Assembly: GCA_964106915.2 (NCBI GenBank)
Contig: OZ066920.1
DNA length: 64,000 nt
Origin: Podarcis gaigeae
Taxonomy: Eukaryota
Reading direction: 5' to 3' (one strand)
The position numbers and the translations under genes are program-made. Shown here in pieces: positions 13,070 through 26,547 of the stretch. Below the pieces are notes generated by a model. It had not been told where the DNA came from, did not search any database, and saw nothing but the letters and a program-made list of their open reading frames with translations. Positions within the stretch are counted from its first letter, which is position 1; each line of letters starts with the position of its first letter.

Positions 13070-16000
13070 CTTGATTAAATAATTTGCGATGCCACCATCA
13101 TCCCAAAACGGGTATGGTGCCTTCAAGGGACTTCTTCCTCCCTTATGGTGGAGCACCATATTACTCAAGACATGGAGCTGTTGCTGAAAATAGCATCCTT
13201 ATGTCAAGCTCTCCTCCTTTCCCAGATAAGCGGCACATGTTAAGGTTTTGTTATCATTTCAGGTATCCCCCGGTCCCCACCAGCAGCAGTTATGATGTGG
13301 AGGGGGAGGGGGAAATGGTACCTTGCAGTGACATCACATGAATTATCTGCTATATAAGGAGGGAGAGAAATCACATTGAAATCCCCCCCCCCCCCCGCGC
13401 CATAGCAGCCTCATGTTTTGCATAATGTGAAATTCTGTCCTTTAGTGAGAGGAGCAAAGGACTTTGCTTCTAACAGGTTTCTACATGTGGATCCCCTTGA
13501 TGAATGAGAAGACCCCTGCTCAGACTGGAGGTGTCTTCAGGACTACTCAGGATGTGGTGACAGAGACAGAGTGGGCAAAGATTTCCAGCCACATTGGAAG
13601 TGAGCATCCTGAAACAATGTCTTGATCAGTGTATGACTATATCTGGGTCAGGGCTGATGTGGGGGTTTTCAAAGCACTTTTAGAGATACTCCCCCCCCCC
13701 GCCCCCGCCAGCCAAGGAGCCTATCTCTGTGGGGGTAGCTTGGTGCTCATAGAAGCAGGGGATAACTGGAGATAAACAGGTGCTTTCTTCTTTTTAGAGG
13801 CACGTGAGGTCAGCTGTTAAGACACAGCAGAGGACAATAGGAGTTCTTTTGCCTTTCAGCCTTGCCTCCTGACCACCCAGTAGAGGAAAAATCCCTGCAG
13901 TTTCAGAGGTTTCGCACTGGAAAAAGTGGTGCGCAAACATTGTGTTTCCTGTGAGGTTACACATTGACTGAGAATGTTCAATTTGTTCACAGTAAATCAC
14001 TCTCTCGTGTTGCTTTTAAAAAATGACTTTCTGCCTCATTCTACACTCATTCAAGTTTAATTAATCTTCTAACAAGCTATCTGGGGTTTAAATTTGGAGG
14101 AAGAAGAGCCCTATGTTTTTCACTGGTGTTATGCTGTAAAGCACTGTACATTGGTGATACTATAGAAGTACAGCTTTAAGGTCAAGACATGGAAACCTAT
14201 ACAAAAATCAGCACAAATGCTTCTTATGTTGGTTTACATGAAAGGCAATTTCCCTGGTTTTCATTCCACATAACAGATCATTAGTAGCTTTAGTATTTAA
14301 GCACTCCATGCAGATCTGACCAGAAATCAGATACTCAGTGAACTGGAAGTTCTGGACCAAATATAAAAAGCTAACACAGAAGTCAGACCACTTGCACAAG
14401 TCCACTAGTGCAAACAGTTCACATGTTACATTTTAAACTGTGGTTAAGAAAATACCAGAAAGAAAATAGCAAAATATGGTAACAACTATCATAATACTCA
14501 CACGTAACCATTTACATAAATGTAAATGGTTGGGTTTCCCCAATTGTGGGTGGTGTACAGATACTTTCATTACTGTTGGTTCTGCATTATTGTGGAAGAA
14601 TGTGCCCATATCACACTGCAGTGGCATTTTTCATGAAAAACAGCATATAAATCTTTTAACGTAGGGAAAATATGTAAATGCACACATACCATTCATTCAC
14701 AAACAGGTGGCACTGTATGTGTACTTGGGACATTTACATTTTTAATACCCCAAAATCAATTCAGTTTTCTATATGTGAACCCTGTGTTTTTTATATAACC
14801 CTGTGTCCTCATGTATATGTATCTGTGGTAAGTTATTTTGCATATGTGGAAGCATTATATGTGAGGTATCTATAAAAGTCTGTGTGCATATATAAGCTAT
14901 TGTGTGGGTGTCTTTTATGTGCTGGCAATTACTGAGCAGGAGGGGGGTCCATTTGACACCCTACGCTGCATGTTTCACACCACATATGATGATTATTCCT
15001 CAGGAGAATTTTATCTGATTGCCATATAACCACCTCTGAAATCTCTTCGCTTTTTCAATGAAGCACGAAATAGGGCACTGCTGAAAACCCATTGCATTCC
15101 TATTCAGTATGGTAGACTTGCATTGAAAGTGTTTTCCATCCTACAGACATTTTTTTAGCACTAAACAAAGAAAAATTAACCGGAATCTTGAGGACTTAAA
15201 CCTGCAGTCTTATGCACATTTCATGAAATGTTCTGCAGAATGGGCCTGATCCAGCCCCAGGTAAACACTGTAAATGGCGGAGACTGTGTACTACTCACTC
15301 AAAATCGACAAAATTGATATTGCTTAATTTTGGCTGGAACACTAACTAAGCAATTTTAGTGGGGGATCTGGTTAAAACCTCTCTGTGACTCTTTCCATCT
15401 CTCTAAGAAAGCAAAGGAAATGGGAAGTAGCACAAATACGACAAGAAGCTGCAAATTTTTTCTTCTTTTTCTTTTACAGAATATAGTTCTCATTTCGGAG
15501 TGGGAAAATGAAACCTACATTTCAAAAAAAATAGGACAGGAACTTATGCAGCAAATAAATACAGTAAACATGAATGGAGACTTCTGTGAATAAAGCCAGG
15601 CCCAAAGTTAGCTGGACTCTCTGCAGCTGTGTTCTTATCTGGCCGAAGGAAGTAGAAGAACAACAAAAGAGGCTAAGAAGCCCTGGCTGATGCATGGGAA
15701 AGCCATTGGCCGGCAATTGTGGCTGCCCTTCTGCTGAGCAAATAGTTCAAACTGTTCACTCCCATCTCCCATTCTCTCCCTGGGACATTGTTTGTGTCCT
15801 TGCATTTCATTCTGCAAGGAAGATTGCTCTCTGGGCCTATAAGCAAACAGTCCAGAAAAAGAGCCAACTAGCTGCCTCTTTTCCCTGGAGAACTAGCATT
15901 TTTAGTCCCAGCTCCAAGCTGTCAATGAGCTGGAGAGTTAATGTCAGTATCCTGAATTAATTGCTTTAAGCTGCAGCAGCCAAAATGTGCGCCACCAAAT

Positions 16001-17029
16001 GTCCAGAAAATGTTTTTTAATAATGTTTCCTTTCGTTTCTGTTTGGGGTTTCTGTTGTTGTTTTTGCTCCAAGCACACAGGCCCTCCCTCTCCACTGGAA
16101 TTGCCTCCCCAACTATAGGTTACGCTGGCTAAAAGCAAAGCACTTATGGTGAATTACAGTGAATGGCTCGCAAGGTATCATCAAATGGAGAGAGAAACAC
16201 TTACGTGTTCTGGGCTTGCAGCTGCCGTTGTCATCCTATCAGATATTTCACATTAGAGCCTTGACTATAGGAAGAAGGTGATGGATGAGAGAGTTAGGAA
16301 TAAACAAGAGCATGTTTACATGTAAATATCTTTGAAAATTAACTTCCCAAAATGGTGTGGAAATTACAAAGGGAAAAAAGGCATATGAATGGTAAATCAA
16401 TTTATGTTTAAACATGCTATATTTTAAAGTGCTCCCCTGTGCGAATGGCCCTCTTTAAGAGAATGAAATAATAAACCAATTTATATACCAATAGAGAGCT
16501 GAGATCCTGAGTGCCGTTGTGTAAATTTTCCCCCTTGACTTTTCATTATCTACCTGTGCAAAATCAATCTATATGTATGGGATCAACATACAATTGGAGA
16601 GATAAAAGGCGAAATAAAATGTGCTTTGCATATCCCCAAGATAACAGGCACGGTTCCTCATTCTCCTTTGGTTTCCAGGCAGATGCTTCCCCCCACCCTT
16701 TTTAAAAAAAAAAATCAGGTTGTAAAGGTAAAGAAAAATGAGGGGGCTGTGTGGTAAGTGTTTACTTCTTCCCCAGAAATATTGATTCTGTTAAATGAAC
16801 TATGATTAATAAGTAACCAAGGAAATACCAGGTTAATTTTGCACATAATTTATTGTACTTCAGGAGAGTGAAAGGTATCTCGTATTTTAATTTTACAGGG
16901 TATGCTGCATGTGTTTTAAAGGAAATTTCTATAAAACACAAAGCAAGGGAATAAATCACTATTAAAAGAGCCCCATCTACTGCAACAAGAGAAGTTCGGC
17001 ACATGCTTAAGTCACTATGCCTGAAATAG

Positions 17030-17577
17030 ATTTGACATAAATCTGCACAAATATAAGATGGAGAACAAATATAAGATGGCTTGCCCATAGTACATGTAAA
17101 AAGGATCTAGGGGTCTTGATGGACCACAAGCTTAACATGTGTGATACAGCAGCAAAAAAAGCTAATACTATCAAACAGAAGTCTAGTGTCTTGATCAATG
17201 GAAGTAATAGTACCACTCTATTCTGCTTTGATCAAACCACACCTGGAATACTGTGTCCAGTTCTGGGTGCACAATTTAAGAAAGACATTGACAAGCTGGA
17301 GCGTGTGCAGAGGAGGGCAACTAGGCAACTAAGACGATCCAGGGTCTGGAAAGCAAGCCTTATGAGGAACGGATGAGCGAGTTGGGTATGTTCCAACTAA
17401 ACAACAGGAATAACTTTATGACAGTAAGAGCTGTTCGACAGTGGAATGACTTTTAAACAGAAACTGGATGGCCATCTGTCATGGATGCTTCAGTTGAGAT
17501 TCCTGCATTGCCGGGGGTTGGACTAGATGACCCTCCAGGGTCCCTTCCAGCTCTACAATTCTGTGATTCTATTCTGC
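17030..17577 (+). mobile_element. CR1 LINE 3' fragment
   Basis: Remnant peptide [16 protein letters not shown]; ends with ggactagatgaccctccagggtcccttccagctctacaattctgtgattct. Confidence 0.9.
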
Positions 17578-19294
17578 TGGATTCTGTCCTCTGTTACCTA
17601 CGCACTCACAGTAATGCTGTGTTCTCAGAGGTTGGGGAAGCACCATAGATCCATTGTGTCCAGGCTCCTAAATTTCTTGGCCACTTTTGAAGGTCCATTG
17701 GGCACTGGGAACAGGAAACACTTATAATCAGTTCTCACGTATATGTTCATGTTTGGTAGTAGTTGTTGTGTAAAAGAGCATTCACAGATCGAGCACCAGA
17801 AAGGAGTGAGTTAAGCTGCAAGGCAGCAAGCGTGCAATGGCTAAAAGGTACATCAAGAGGTCTATAAGCATTTGTGAACTATATCATTATTTGCCCCTTA
17901 GAGTGTGTATGAAAATAACTGAATGTGAATTAATTACTTAGTTAACACTCTTGAGTGTGTTTTTAACACGCCCCTTCTTACGGCTGGGGGAAAGCGGCTT
18001 CCTCTGGTGCACAATTCCCCAGCACTGAGGTCTGCATCTAGATATGAAGCCTCAAAGTGGAGTCAGTCATCTTGGTCCTTCCCTCTCAAACACCATCTTC
18101 CCTCTCAGCAGGACAGCATTTCAGAAAGACATGTGCAGCTGGTGGGTCCAGTATTGCAATGTACTCTGGCAATACTATATCACAATACTACATCACTGCT
18201 GGGATGTATGAATCAGGCGTAGTACAATCAGAGCGGTTAAAGCATGTTAAAAAGAGAGAGAGACCTTTCAGTTAAGAGGTAGGAATTGTTTGTTACATTT
18301 GTGTTAAGATGCAAAGGTGAGACCTTATGCATGTAGCCAAGGCTCCACACTCGTGCACCTAAAAATATTAGGAGACACAAACTCACACAGGAGATTATAA
18401 ATATTTCAATAAAATAAATAATATAAAATAGAGTTGTGCCATTTATTAAGCTCCACGAGCCAGAAGTTGCCCCCACATAGTTTGAAGTCTGCAAATCTTT
18501 CCATTAAATTCTAATGGGCCTGAGATCTTTATTTTCAGTGGTTTCAGATTCCTCCTACACAGGGCTTTAAAACTAGAACACTACATGCATCACCCAGTAC
18601 TTGAGCATTTGTGAAACTCCTTCCATCTTTCTTATTTGCTTCTTTAGTCTGCAAACCTGCTTTGTGTCAGTCTGGGGTGTGTGGATTGGCTCCCTGCAAA
18701 CTTCCATCAGCCATCATCACTTCTTGGGCTTGGAGTTTCTCATTCCACCTGCTGAATGTGTGGGTGCAACTACAAAAATCTCTGAAGTGGGACATGGTTG
18801 GGAATGACTGAGCCATCACTTGGCAACATCAGTCTTCATTTGGGTCCTATTGATGCGCCAACTCCAGGATGGGCCAGCTATTTGCCTGCCCACTTACCTT
18901 CTGACCGGGCCGACATGAGTGACGGGGCTGCAGGCGTAGTAATTTCTCCACCAGTCCCCCATGCCCCACCACTGCAAGGCCAGGGCTTGGATTGCCCTGT
19001 CTCCTACTGAGGGTGGAATCCAACATAGTGCTAAGGCAATCATTCTATCAGCTCAAGGATTTCTGCTTGCACAGCTGAATGTTCTTCCCTTCTTCTCCTG
19101 CTGTGCAACCCCTAAATCTGTTCTGGTTGTTCCCCCAACCCGCTGGAGAAGAACTGGTGGTTTGGGGTGCATGTGCTGGGGGGGGGGGGAGAGACAAGGG
19201 AAGGTCCCTTTGCACAACTAGAAATCTTTGCTCTGAGGGAGCAGGTTAATAAAAGACCACCCTTAATTTGTCCATCAACATATGCTCTCTGGAC

Positions 19295-19455
19295 CAGTGG
19301 CGTAGTAGCGTGGGTTATCAGCACCCGGGGCAAGGCAAGTAATTTGCGCCCCCTAACCCATGGATTTGCGCCCCCTAACCCATGGATTTCCCTAACCCCC
19401 AGATGTTGCGCCCGGTGCGGCCGGCCCCCCCTGCACCCCCCACGCTACGCCACTG
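19295..19455. mobile_element. hAT-type MITE
   Basis: 11-bp TIR CAGTGGCGTAG/CTACGCCACTG; perfect 8-bp TSD ctctggac at 19287-19294 and 19456-19463. Confidence 0.9.
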
Positions 19456-20074
19456 CTCTGGACTGGAATGAGAGGCGACACTCAAGTACAAAAATACAAC
19501 AGTTAAAAATACAAAGACAATAAAATGCAGCATAAGAACTTCCATTTCTAGTGAAGGGGGAAATAAAAGAAGCCAGCAGCTTGGATTATAGAATAAAACA
19601 CAATGGGTGGCATGTTTGGTCTGCACAAGCATTTCAGCTTGCCAAGTGTAAAGATTTCCCCTCTCCTCCCTGTGCGCTTTTTGTGGGTTTCTCCTGACCC
19701 CGTGAGCCAATTTGGGTGGGACATGGAGAAGGAGAGGGGAGAGCTCCATTGCACTAGCAGAAGTCCTTGGGCAGGGCTTCCATTGGCAGGACATGTCACG
19801 GGAACCCAGTGGAAACTCTGAGAAAGAAGTTGTGTAAAAGTGCTAGGTGAATAAGAAGGTATTTGCTGAACAGTCCATGGAGGAGAGCCTCATGGGGGAG
19901 GGGGCTATGCAATGGCCAGGATGGCACCACGGAGACGGCCTCTCCCTAGTGTCTTCCTGCCACTGTGGGGCAGACAGATCAGGGCTTCTGAAGAGAAAGT
20001 ATGGGTAAGCATATGTGGGAGAAGGCACCCTTTCAAGTAACCTAATCCTAAAATGGAAAGGGGCTTCAAGATTG

Positions 20075-20345
20075 AAACAACAGCACTTTAAACTGAGCCT
20101 GAAAACAGATTGGGAGCCAGCACAGCTGATAAATCAGTGGCGTATTATAATACAAGGTCTCAGTCTGCAAACTTTGTGGCTCCGTTTTGAACCAACTTGT
20201 GGTTTTCAGACTGCTTTGAAAGGCAGCCTAACATAAAACACATTGCAATAGTCTCAGCAAGGGATTGCCAGAGCATGGGTGACTATGGCCAAGCTATCTC
20301 CATCCAGATATGATTGCAGCTGGCGTGCAGCTAATAGAAGGCATT
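20075..20345 (-). mobile_element. L2 LINE ORF2 fragment
   Basis: Degenerate minus-strand translation LAIVTHAL...DYCNVFYVRLPFK resembles the L2 motif HALVTSRLDYCN.LYVGLP. Confidence 0.75.
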
Positions 20346-20474
20346 TCAAGCCATGATGTTTCTGCTGGAAGACCTACTGCCCTGACAATGGACTCAGTGG
20401 GCAAAACCCCAACAGAGTAATCTGGTTATCTTTTGAAGCAACATACACAAGGAGTCTCAGGTGTATTAAGGAAG

Positions 20475-20550
20475 AAGCTTTCATGGGCTACAGCTCAGCA
20501 TCTGTTGAGGTGGGCTCTAGTCCACAAAAGCTTCTGCCAAAATAAATCCA
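20475..20550. mobile_element. Degenerate Penelope-like remnant (inverted pair of hammerhead-like motifs)
   Basis: agctttcatgggctacagctca followed by ctgttgaggtgggctctagtccacaaaagcttctgccaaaataaat. Confidence 0.5.
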
Positions 20551-23054
20551 GATGAAGTTGTGCTGGCCCCGTTGTGTGTGCCCTCCACTGCCTGGGGTGC
20601 ACACATGTATTTAATGCATTTATTCATTCATGAAATTCATCTCCCACCCTTCCTCCCAAGGGAGCCCAGGGCAACATGGAGCCTTGTCAGACAATTGGCA
20701 ATTGTGCTGGTCAGCTGGCTGGTGGAGAAGTGGGGCCAGCCGGGCAAAATCCACAGCTAGGCAAATGACTGCTGGTTTTCTGCTTGGAGAAATATGAGTG
20801 CAGCCGGAGCATCTGGGTGGGGATTTGGGGTGAACTACGCAGGCAAAACCAGTTTGCATATAAAGTTCCTTTTCCAACAAGGGATAAGCATGTCAAAAGC
20901 CTGCCTCACATGATCTGAAACTCAGGCAACCACTTTTACTTTCTATTGCTTTTTTACTGAGAGACTTACATGGGGGATGTGCTTCTCAGCTCTGCCCCTG
21001 ATATCAGGTGAATTTAAAAGTGTCAGACTTTGCGCATTGTTCTATTCATGTCTATTTAGAAGGCAGACCTGTTTATAAATTTAATGGTGAGAAGCTGAGG
21101 CTGGAGAATTTTGAACCACACCATCTCAGTCTGCAAGTGAAGGTCACATTTCTGAATGCTTCTTCCCTCTGTAAAATACCTCTTGCCTTGACCAGCACAC
21201 CAAGGAGACACCTAGACTAAGCCCTGCCTCCTAATTTTCTACATGTGGCGAGGTTACATTTTTAAAAGTTCAGCTCTGTATCTGTGGTCTGAAGTGGAAT
21301 ATTCCAGAATTCAACTACCTTATTCTGTATAAACGGTGGATATGGCTCTACGAGTAAATGGGCATAGAATCACAGCTTCAAAGGTCAAACCCTGCACTTT
21401 TAGATTCTCTACATAAAATAAAGGTTACCTAGAGACTCTCCTTCAATACCTGCCCCCCAAGCAGCCACCTGCCACATTATGGATCGGATGAAATTTGTAA
21501 ACCCGTTTTCAAGAGCTGGCCCATTTTAGATGTTTCTTAAAATCTTATGCATCCTGCCTAAAAGACAGTGACTGAAAATCACCATGCCTTTATTGTAGTG
21601 CAGACCTGATTAAATTCATTCCTTTATTTATTTGAACTATTTATAGAATTCATTTAAGGGTTCAAACCTGTCTTTAAATTGTTGTATCGAAAGGTTACAT
21701 AAATTGGGCAAGGGAGGGAAAGATATTTAGTTCCGGAATGGAAGGAGTTTTGCAGCTTCACAAATCAGACTGACGGGTTTGTACCATTTGAGAAATATTC
21801 CCATTCCAATCCAAAGCCTCAAAGGCAATAAACACAATATTCTCCTTCCATTCTACATCCTCTTTTGTGGTTATTTCTTCACGTGATCATGTGTATTACT
21901 GTGCAATTATGATCCTATTATGATCAAGCCTTCAGTTTTGTGATTTCAGAGTTGACACCCTAAAAATAAAAAGCCTAATCCAGCACTGCAATTTAACTTT
22001 TGGAAATGTGGCGTTATCACTTGTCCAAAGTGCTATAACAAGGGTTTGAGGGTTTTGTTTAGGTTCTTTTTTGGCAGTAATTCAAAGCTGAGAAGCTTTC
22101 AATGTGAAATATTATTCCAAAAAAATCAAACTGGAATGCTTTAGACTTGATGCATCCCTTTGTTTGTTTGATTTTGGCTGCTCCCAGTTAAGTCCTGACA
22201 AACCCCAAATGCTGCTGCCAGTTACATACAACTAGTGTATATTAACTATCAGATCTGGTCAAAATACTACATATCATATAAGGTATGGAATGTAGTTAGA
22301 TGCTTGGTGCTATTGCATGTCAGCTATCAAATACGGGCAAGTGCTAAATAGGTAGTTAATGACGAGGCTGGAGATTTTTGAACTGCACCATCTCTAGGGT
22401 CATGGTGGTTTAAGGGCCTGACTCTGCAGAATGTCAATCAATGAGTTCTAGTTTCTTTTACCATTTACTTGCAACAGAGAAGATTACACTCTCATGGTTT
22501 TGCTTGTTTGCCCAATTCAGCTGAGTGGATGCGATCCTCTTCCTCTGTCAACCCAGCTACCAAAGCAGAATCAAATGCATCTTATCTGCTGTTAACTCAG
22601 GCTGTGTTTGCAATATCTGGAGCCACACATCCAAGACATGGGAGGGAGAATCAAGATACAGCAGGTGGGATTGCAGCCCAGAGATACAGCTAAATCCTAC
22701 CCTCAGCTATAAACTGTAAGTTGCAGGAGGGGCAAGTTGTTCTATAGCCAACAGTGGGAAAGCCCTGGATGCACAGTTGCATGACTGCAGCCCATAATGC
22801 CTTCTTCACGCAGGGCTCGGACACACTTTCTCCTGGTTTATTCCATAATTTCTAGGCACAGGTTCAAGAAGTTCTCTTTTGTCCCACCACTTTCCCCAGG
22901 AAAACCCACTCCTCACTGCTGAAACAGAACATACGTCAATCCTCAAAAACCTGATTGTCATTTGTTCCAATTCAGCAGTAAACAGCAGGCTTTTCCTGGG
23001 GAAAGCGAGAGGACAAAAGAAAAACAAAAGAAATACCTGTGCCTGGAAATCATA

Positions 23055-23080
23055 AAATAAACAAATAAACAAACAAACAA

Positions 23081-23127
<47 letters not shown>

Positions 23128-23141
23128 CATCATCATCATTA
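23055..23141. repeat. Compound (AAAC)n/(ATT)n/(ATC)n microsatellite
   Basis: Seen directly. Confidence 0.95.
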
Positions 23142-24232
23142 TATAGAAGTGTGGGTGAGCCCTCAGTATACATTTTTTAACACTTTCCCAGTTTATTTAA
23201 TTGTATTGTGATCCCAGTCTGGAACTCTTGTGATTCAGTAATGGGGTGTGGGATCTGTAACAATCCAAACCTTGGACTGCCTGATCCCTTACATCCCTGC
23301 CCGATCTCGTAAGATTTTTAGGGGAATCTCTGTTGGTGGTCTGCCATGCGTCAGAGGCATGCCGTGTGGGCCTGAGATTAGACAGGCCCCCTCTTTGCTG
23401 AACTTCAGGCACATGGCAAATATTTCAGCAGGCATTTTCAGACAGTATTCGGGTTCCTCTTTAGTTTTATGAAAAAAAATCATTGTTTTATTCTCTGTAT
23501 GGTTTATTTTTATGTACTCCACTTAGAAATGCTAAGTGGTCTATAAATGCCTTAGCTAAATTAAAATAAACTGTTTTCCACAAAATTGCAGTTCCTAGGG
23601 CTTAGGTGGGAGCCAGCTGGTCTCAGACCAAAATCTGTGTCATAAGAGCTTGAATTTCTACCAAGAATTTTCAGCACCTTCAGAAAAACCACAATTTTCA
23701 CTATTCTTGAAAAGGTGTCTGTGACAGTTACACTGGTTTCAAATGAGTTTTACAATTTAAGGTCTTACTCTTAAATGAGAACAGAACAATTTGTTAGTGA
23801 AGCTATAACAAATGCTAACCCTGCTTGTTGGTTTTTCAGTATTTGCATCCCACCTTTAAAACAAACAAGCAAAGAAGTAAATAAATACCATGGCTGATTA
23901 CGATGCATCATAAGCACACAGCACACAGAGGAACTGAGCCATTGAGCAGGATTTATGCCTCCACAAGCACAGCCCAAGTCTGCAAGGGCACTTGCTGACA
24001 AGAAGGTCAGGCGAAAATGGGACACTTTTGATTAAGCAGCAGGTTCCAAAGTCAAATGGCTGATACCCCCTTCTCAAAGAGATGAAATAACACCAGCTTG
24101 CTGGGCATATAATTCAAATCAGAAAGATACCCCGATCAGCACCTTGTTTTAAAATGGGGGAGGAATGTGCCGATACAAATGTAGGGCTATGCACTGTGGC
24201 ATCACCTCAATAGTGTAACAGGGTGGCAAATA

Positions 24233-24664
24233 CCATATTTTTCGCCCTATAGGATGCACCGTCCCATAAGGCGCACCTAGTTTTTTTGGGGGGGAATAAA
24301 GGGGGGGATTATTTTTTTTTTCCCAGGCACGGGGCTGGGGCGGGGGAGGCCAGAGCTTCCCCCGACCCCAGCCCCCAAACAGGCAGCTCTCTGCAAGCCG
24401 TGGGAGCCCAGCGCTGGCTCCCGCTGCTTGCGGAGAGGTCCGCGAAGCCTGGACACGCTGATCTCAGCGCGCACAGGCTTCGGCATGAGGGCAACTCTCC
24501 GGAGAGGTCTGCGAAGCCTGGAGAGTGAGAGGGGTCAGTGCGTACCGACCCCTCTCGCTCTCCAGGCTTCAGCGAAAGCCTGCATTCACCCCATAGGATG
24601 CACACACACATTTCCCCTTCATTTTTGGAGGGGGAAAGTGCGTGCTATAGGGCGAAAAATACGG
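24233..24664. mobile_element. Tc1/mariner-superfamily (Tc2-like) MITE
   Basis: TIR CC(A/G)TATTTTTCGCCCTATAG at both ends with flanking TA dinucleotides; internal ~30-bp-stem palindrome at 24513-24570. Confidence 0.88.
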
Positions 24665-25214
24665 TATGTGGTGAACTGCCCTGTGATCATCAGATGAAGG
24701 GCATAATATAAATGTAATTGATTAATTAATTAATTAATTAATTAAACTTGCCAGGGCTGCAGGCCTTGAAGTTCCCTTCCTTCTTTAACCACAAGCATTG
24801 AACGGCACTCTTTCCCCCTCTCTGGCCATGCGTCTTGAGGAAACATGTCATCATAATATTATATAATACAGAGTAGTACCTTGGAGCAAGTAGAGAGTGC
24901 CTGTCCTTCACACTCGTAACAGAGGAGCAAAGCTTCCTTTTGGAGGTAGCAAGGTTCCCAAGAGGTCCTGTAACATCTCTCTTATTTAAAATGGAAAACT
25001 CCACTTGGTAGCCTTCTGCAAACACTGCCCAGATATTACAACTTTGGCTGCTGCTCTCATAGCACTGCGAAACATCATGTTGTTGCTCCATACCACAAGA
25101 CTTGCCAGGGAAGGCATGGACCCCAGGCAACTCACCTCTGTGGAACAGCCCCTCTCTGACATGACTGAAAGCAATTTATTTATTTAACAATATAAAAGCA
25201 CAATACATACCATA

Positions 25215-25565
25215 AAGGTAAAGAAACCCCTGACCATTAGGTCCAGTCGTGACCGACTCTGGGGTTGCAGCGCTCATCTCGCTTTACTGGCCGAGGGAGC
25301 CGGTGTACAGCTTCCAGGTCATGTGGCCAGCATGACTAAGCCGCTTCTGGCAAACCAGAGCAGTGCACGGAAACACCGTTTACCTTCCCGATGGAGCAGT
25401 ACCTGTTTATCTACTTGCACTTTGACGTGCTCTCGAACTGCTAGGTTGGCAGGAGCAGGGACTGAGCAACGGGAGCTCACCCTGTTGCGGGGATTCGAAC
25501 TGCCAACCTTCTGATCGGCAAGTCCTAGGCTCTGTGGTTTAACCCACAGCGCCACCCGCATCCCT
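25215..25565 (-). mobile_element. Sauria SINE, full length
   Basis: tRNA-derived head GGGATGCGGGTGGCGCTGTGGGTTAAACC, B box and (ACCTTT)n tail. TSD caatacat(a/c)ccata at 25201-25214 and 25566-25579. Confidence 0.95.
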
Positions 25566-25984
25566 CAATACATCCCATAGTAACAAACAAAAACAATACC
25601 ATGGCGGGGGGGGGGGAGCGGAGTTTAAATGGCTCAGGATGACAATACATCAAAAATCACTTCCTCCATGAAAGGCCCAGAGGGTGGCAACAGGAGATTA
25701 GGACCTTTTCTGCATTGGCTCCCTGTTTGTGGAATGCTCTTCCCAGGGAGGCTTGCCTGGCAGTCTCGGAGCAACATGCTGCAGCCCCCAGAACGGAGAA
25801 CAGGCATAGGCGTGGCTGGCGCGCATCCCGGGGGCGTGGTGTGTCGCCTGTGGGGTCAGTCATGGTGGCACCCTTTCCCCAAATTGTTCCCAGTGCAGGT
25901 CGCTGCCCCACCCCCTTCGTACGCCAGTGTTGCCTGGCACCTTTGTTACACAACTTTCGGCCAAATAAATAATCTATGACCTTT

Positions 25985-26245
25985 ATCGTTGTTCTTGTTA
26001 AAATTTGTATCCAGCCCTTTATCCATAGATCTCAGGGCAGTTCACAGCATAAAAATACAAGATAAAAACATAAAATATATAGTAAGAACAAGAACAAAAC
26101 AATAACACCCCCCAAAAAAAACATCCTACAAACACATTTAAAGGGTATAAGATGTTAACCAGCCCAAGGCCTGGCTGAAGTGGAACATTTTTACCTGGTG
26201 CCTAAAGGTATACAATGAAGGCATCAGCTGAACCTCTCTTGGGAT
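25985..26245 (-). mobile_element. L2 LINE 3' end
   Basis: aaatttgtatcc...agatctcagggcagttcacagcataaaaatac...aaggcctggctgaag; same family as 35830-35940 and 48300-48465. Confidence 0.7.
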
Positions 26246-26399
26246 TGTAGAATAAAGTGAGAATTTGCATGCTTTAAAGCTTTGGGGTGGGGACCACCAT
26301 GGGAGGGGAAAGAGGAAGTACAAGGTCTGGCTTACCTGGTAAACCCATGCCTAGGGTGTAACTACTTCCCCATTTCTGAGAATCTAGTTCAGGCTACTG

Positions 26400-26401
<2 letters not shown>

Positions 26402-26437
<36 letters not shown>

Positions 26438-26441
26438 ACAC
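26402..26441. repeat. (AC)n microsatellite
   Basis: Seen directly. Confidence 0.95.
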
Positions 26442-26547
26442 CTGCACATAAAAATTAGCACTCCATGAATGAGCTTTGGCTTACTTGCTAGTTCTCTAAA
26501 CAGACCTGGGGGTTTTTATGGAGGAGTATTTATTTGTGTGAGACCTA

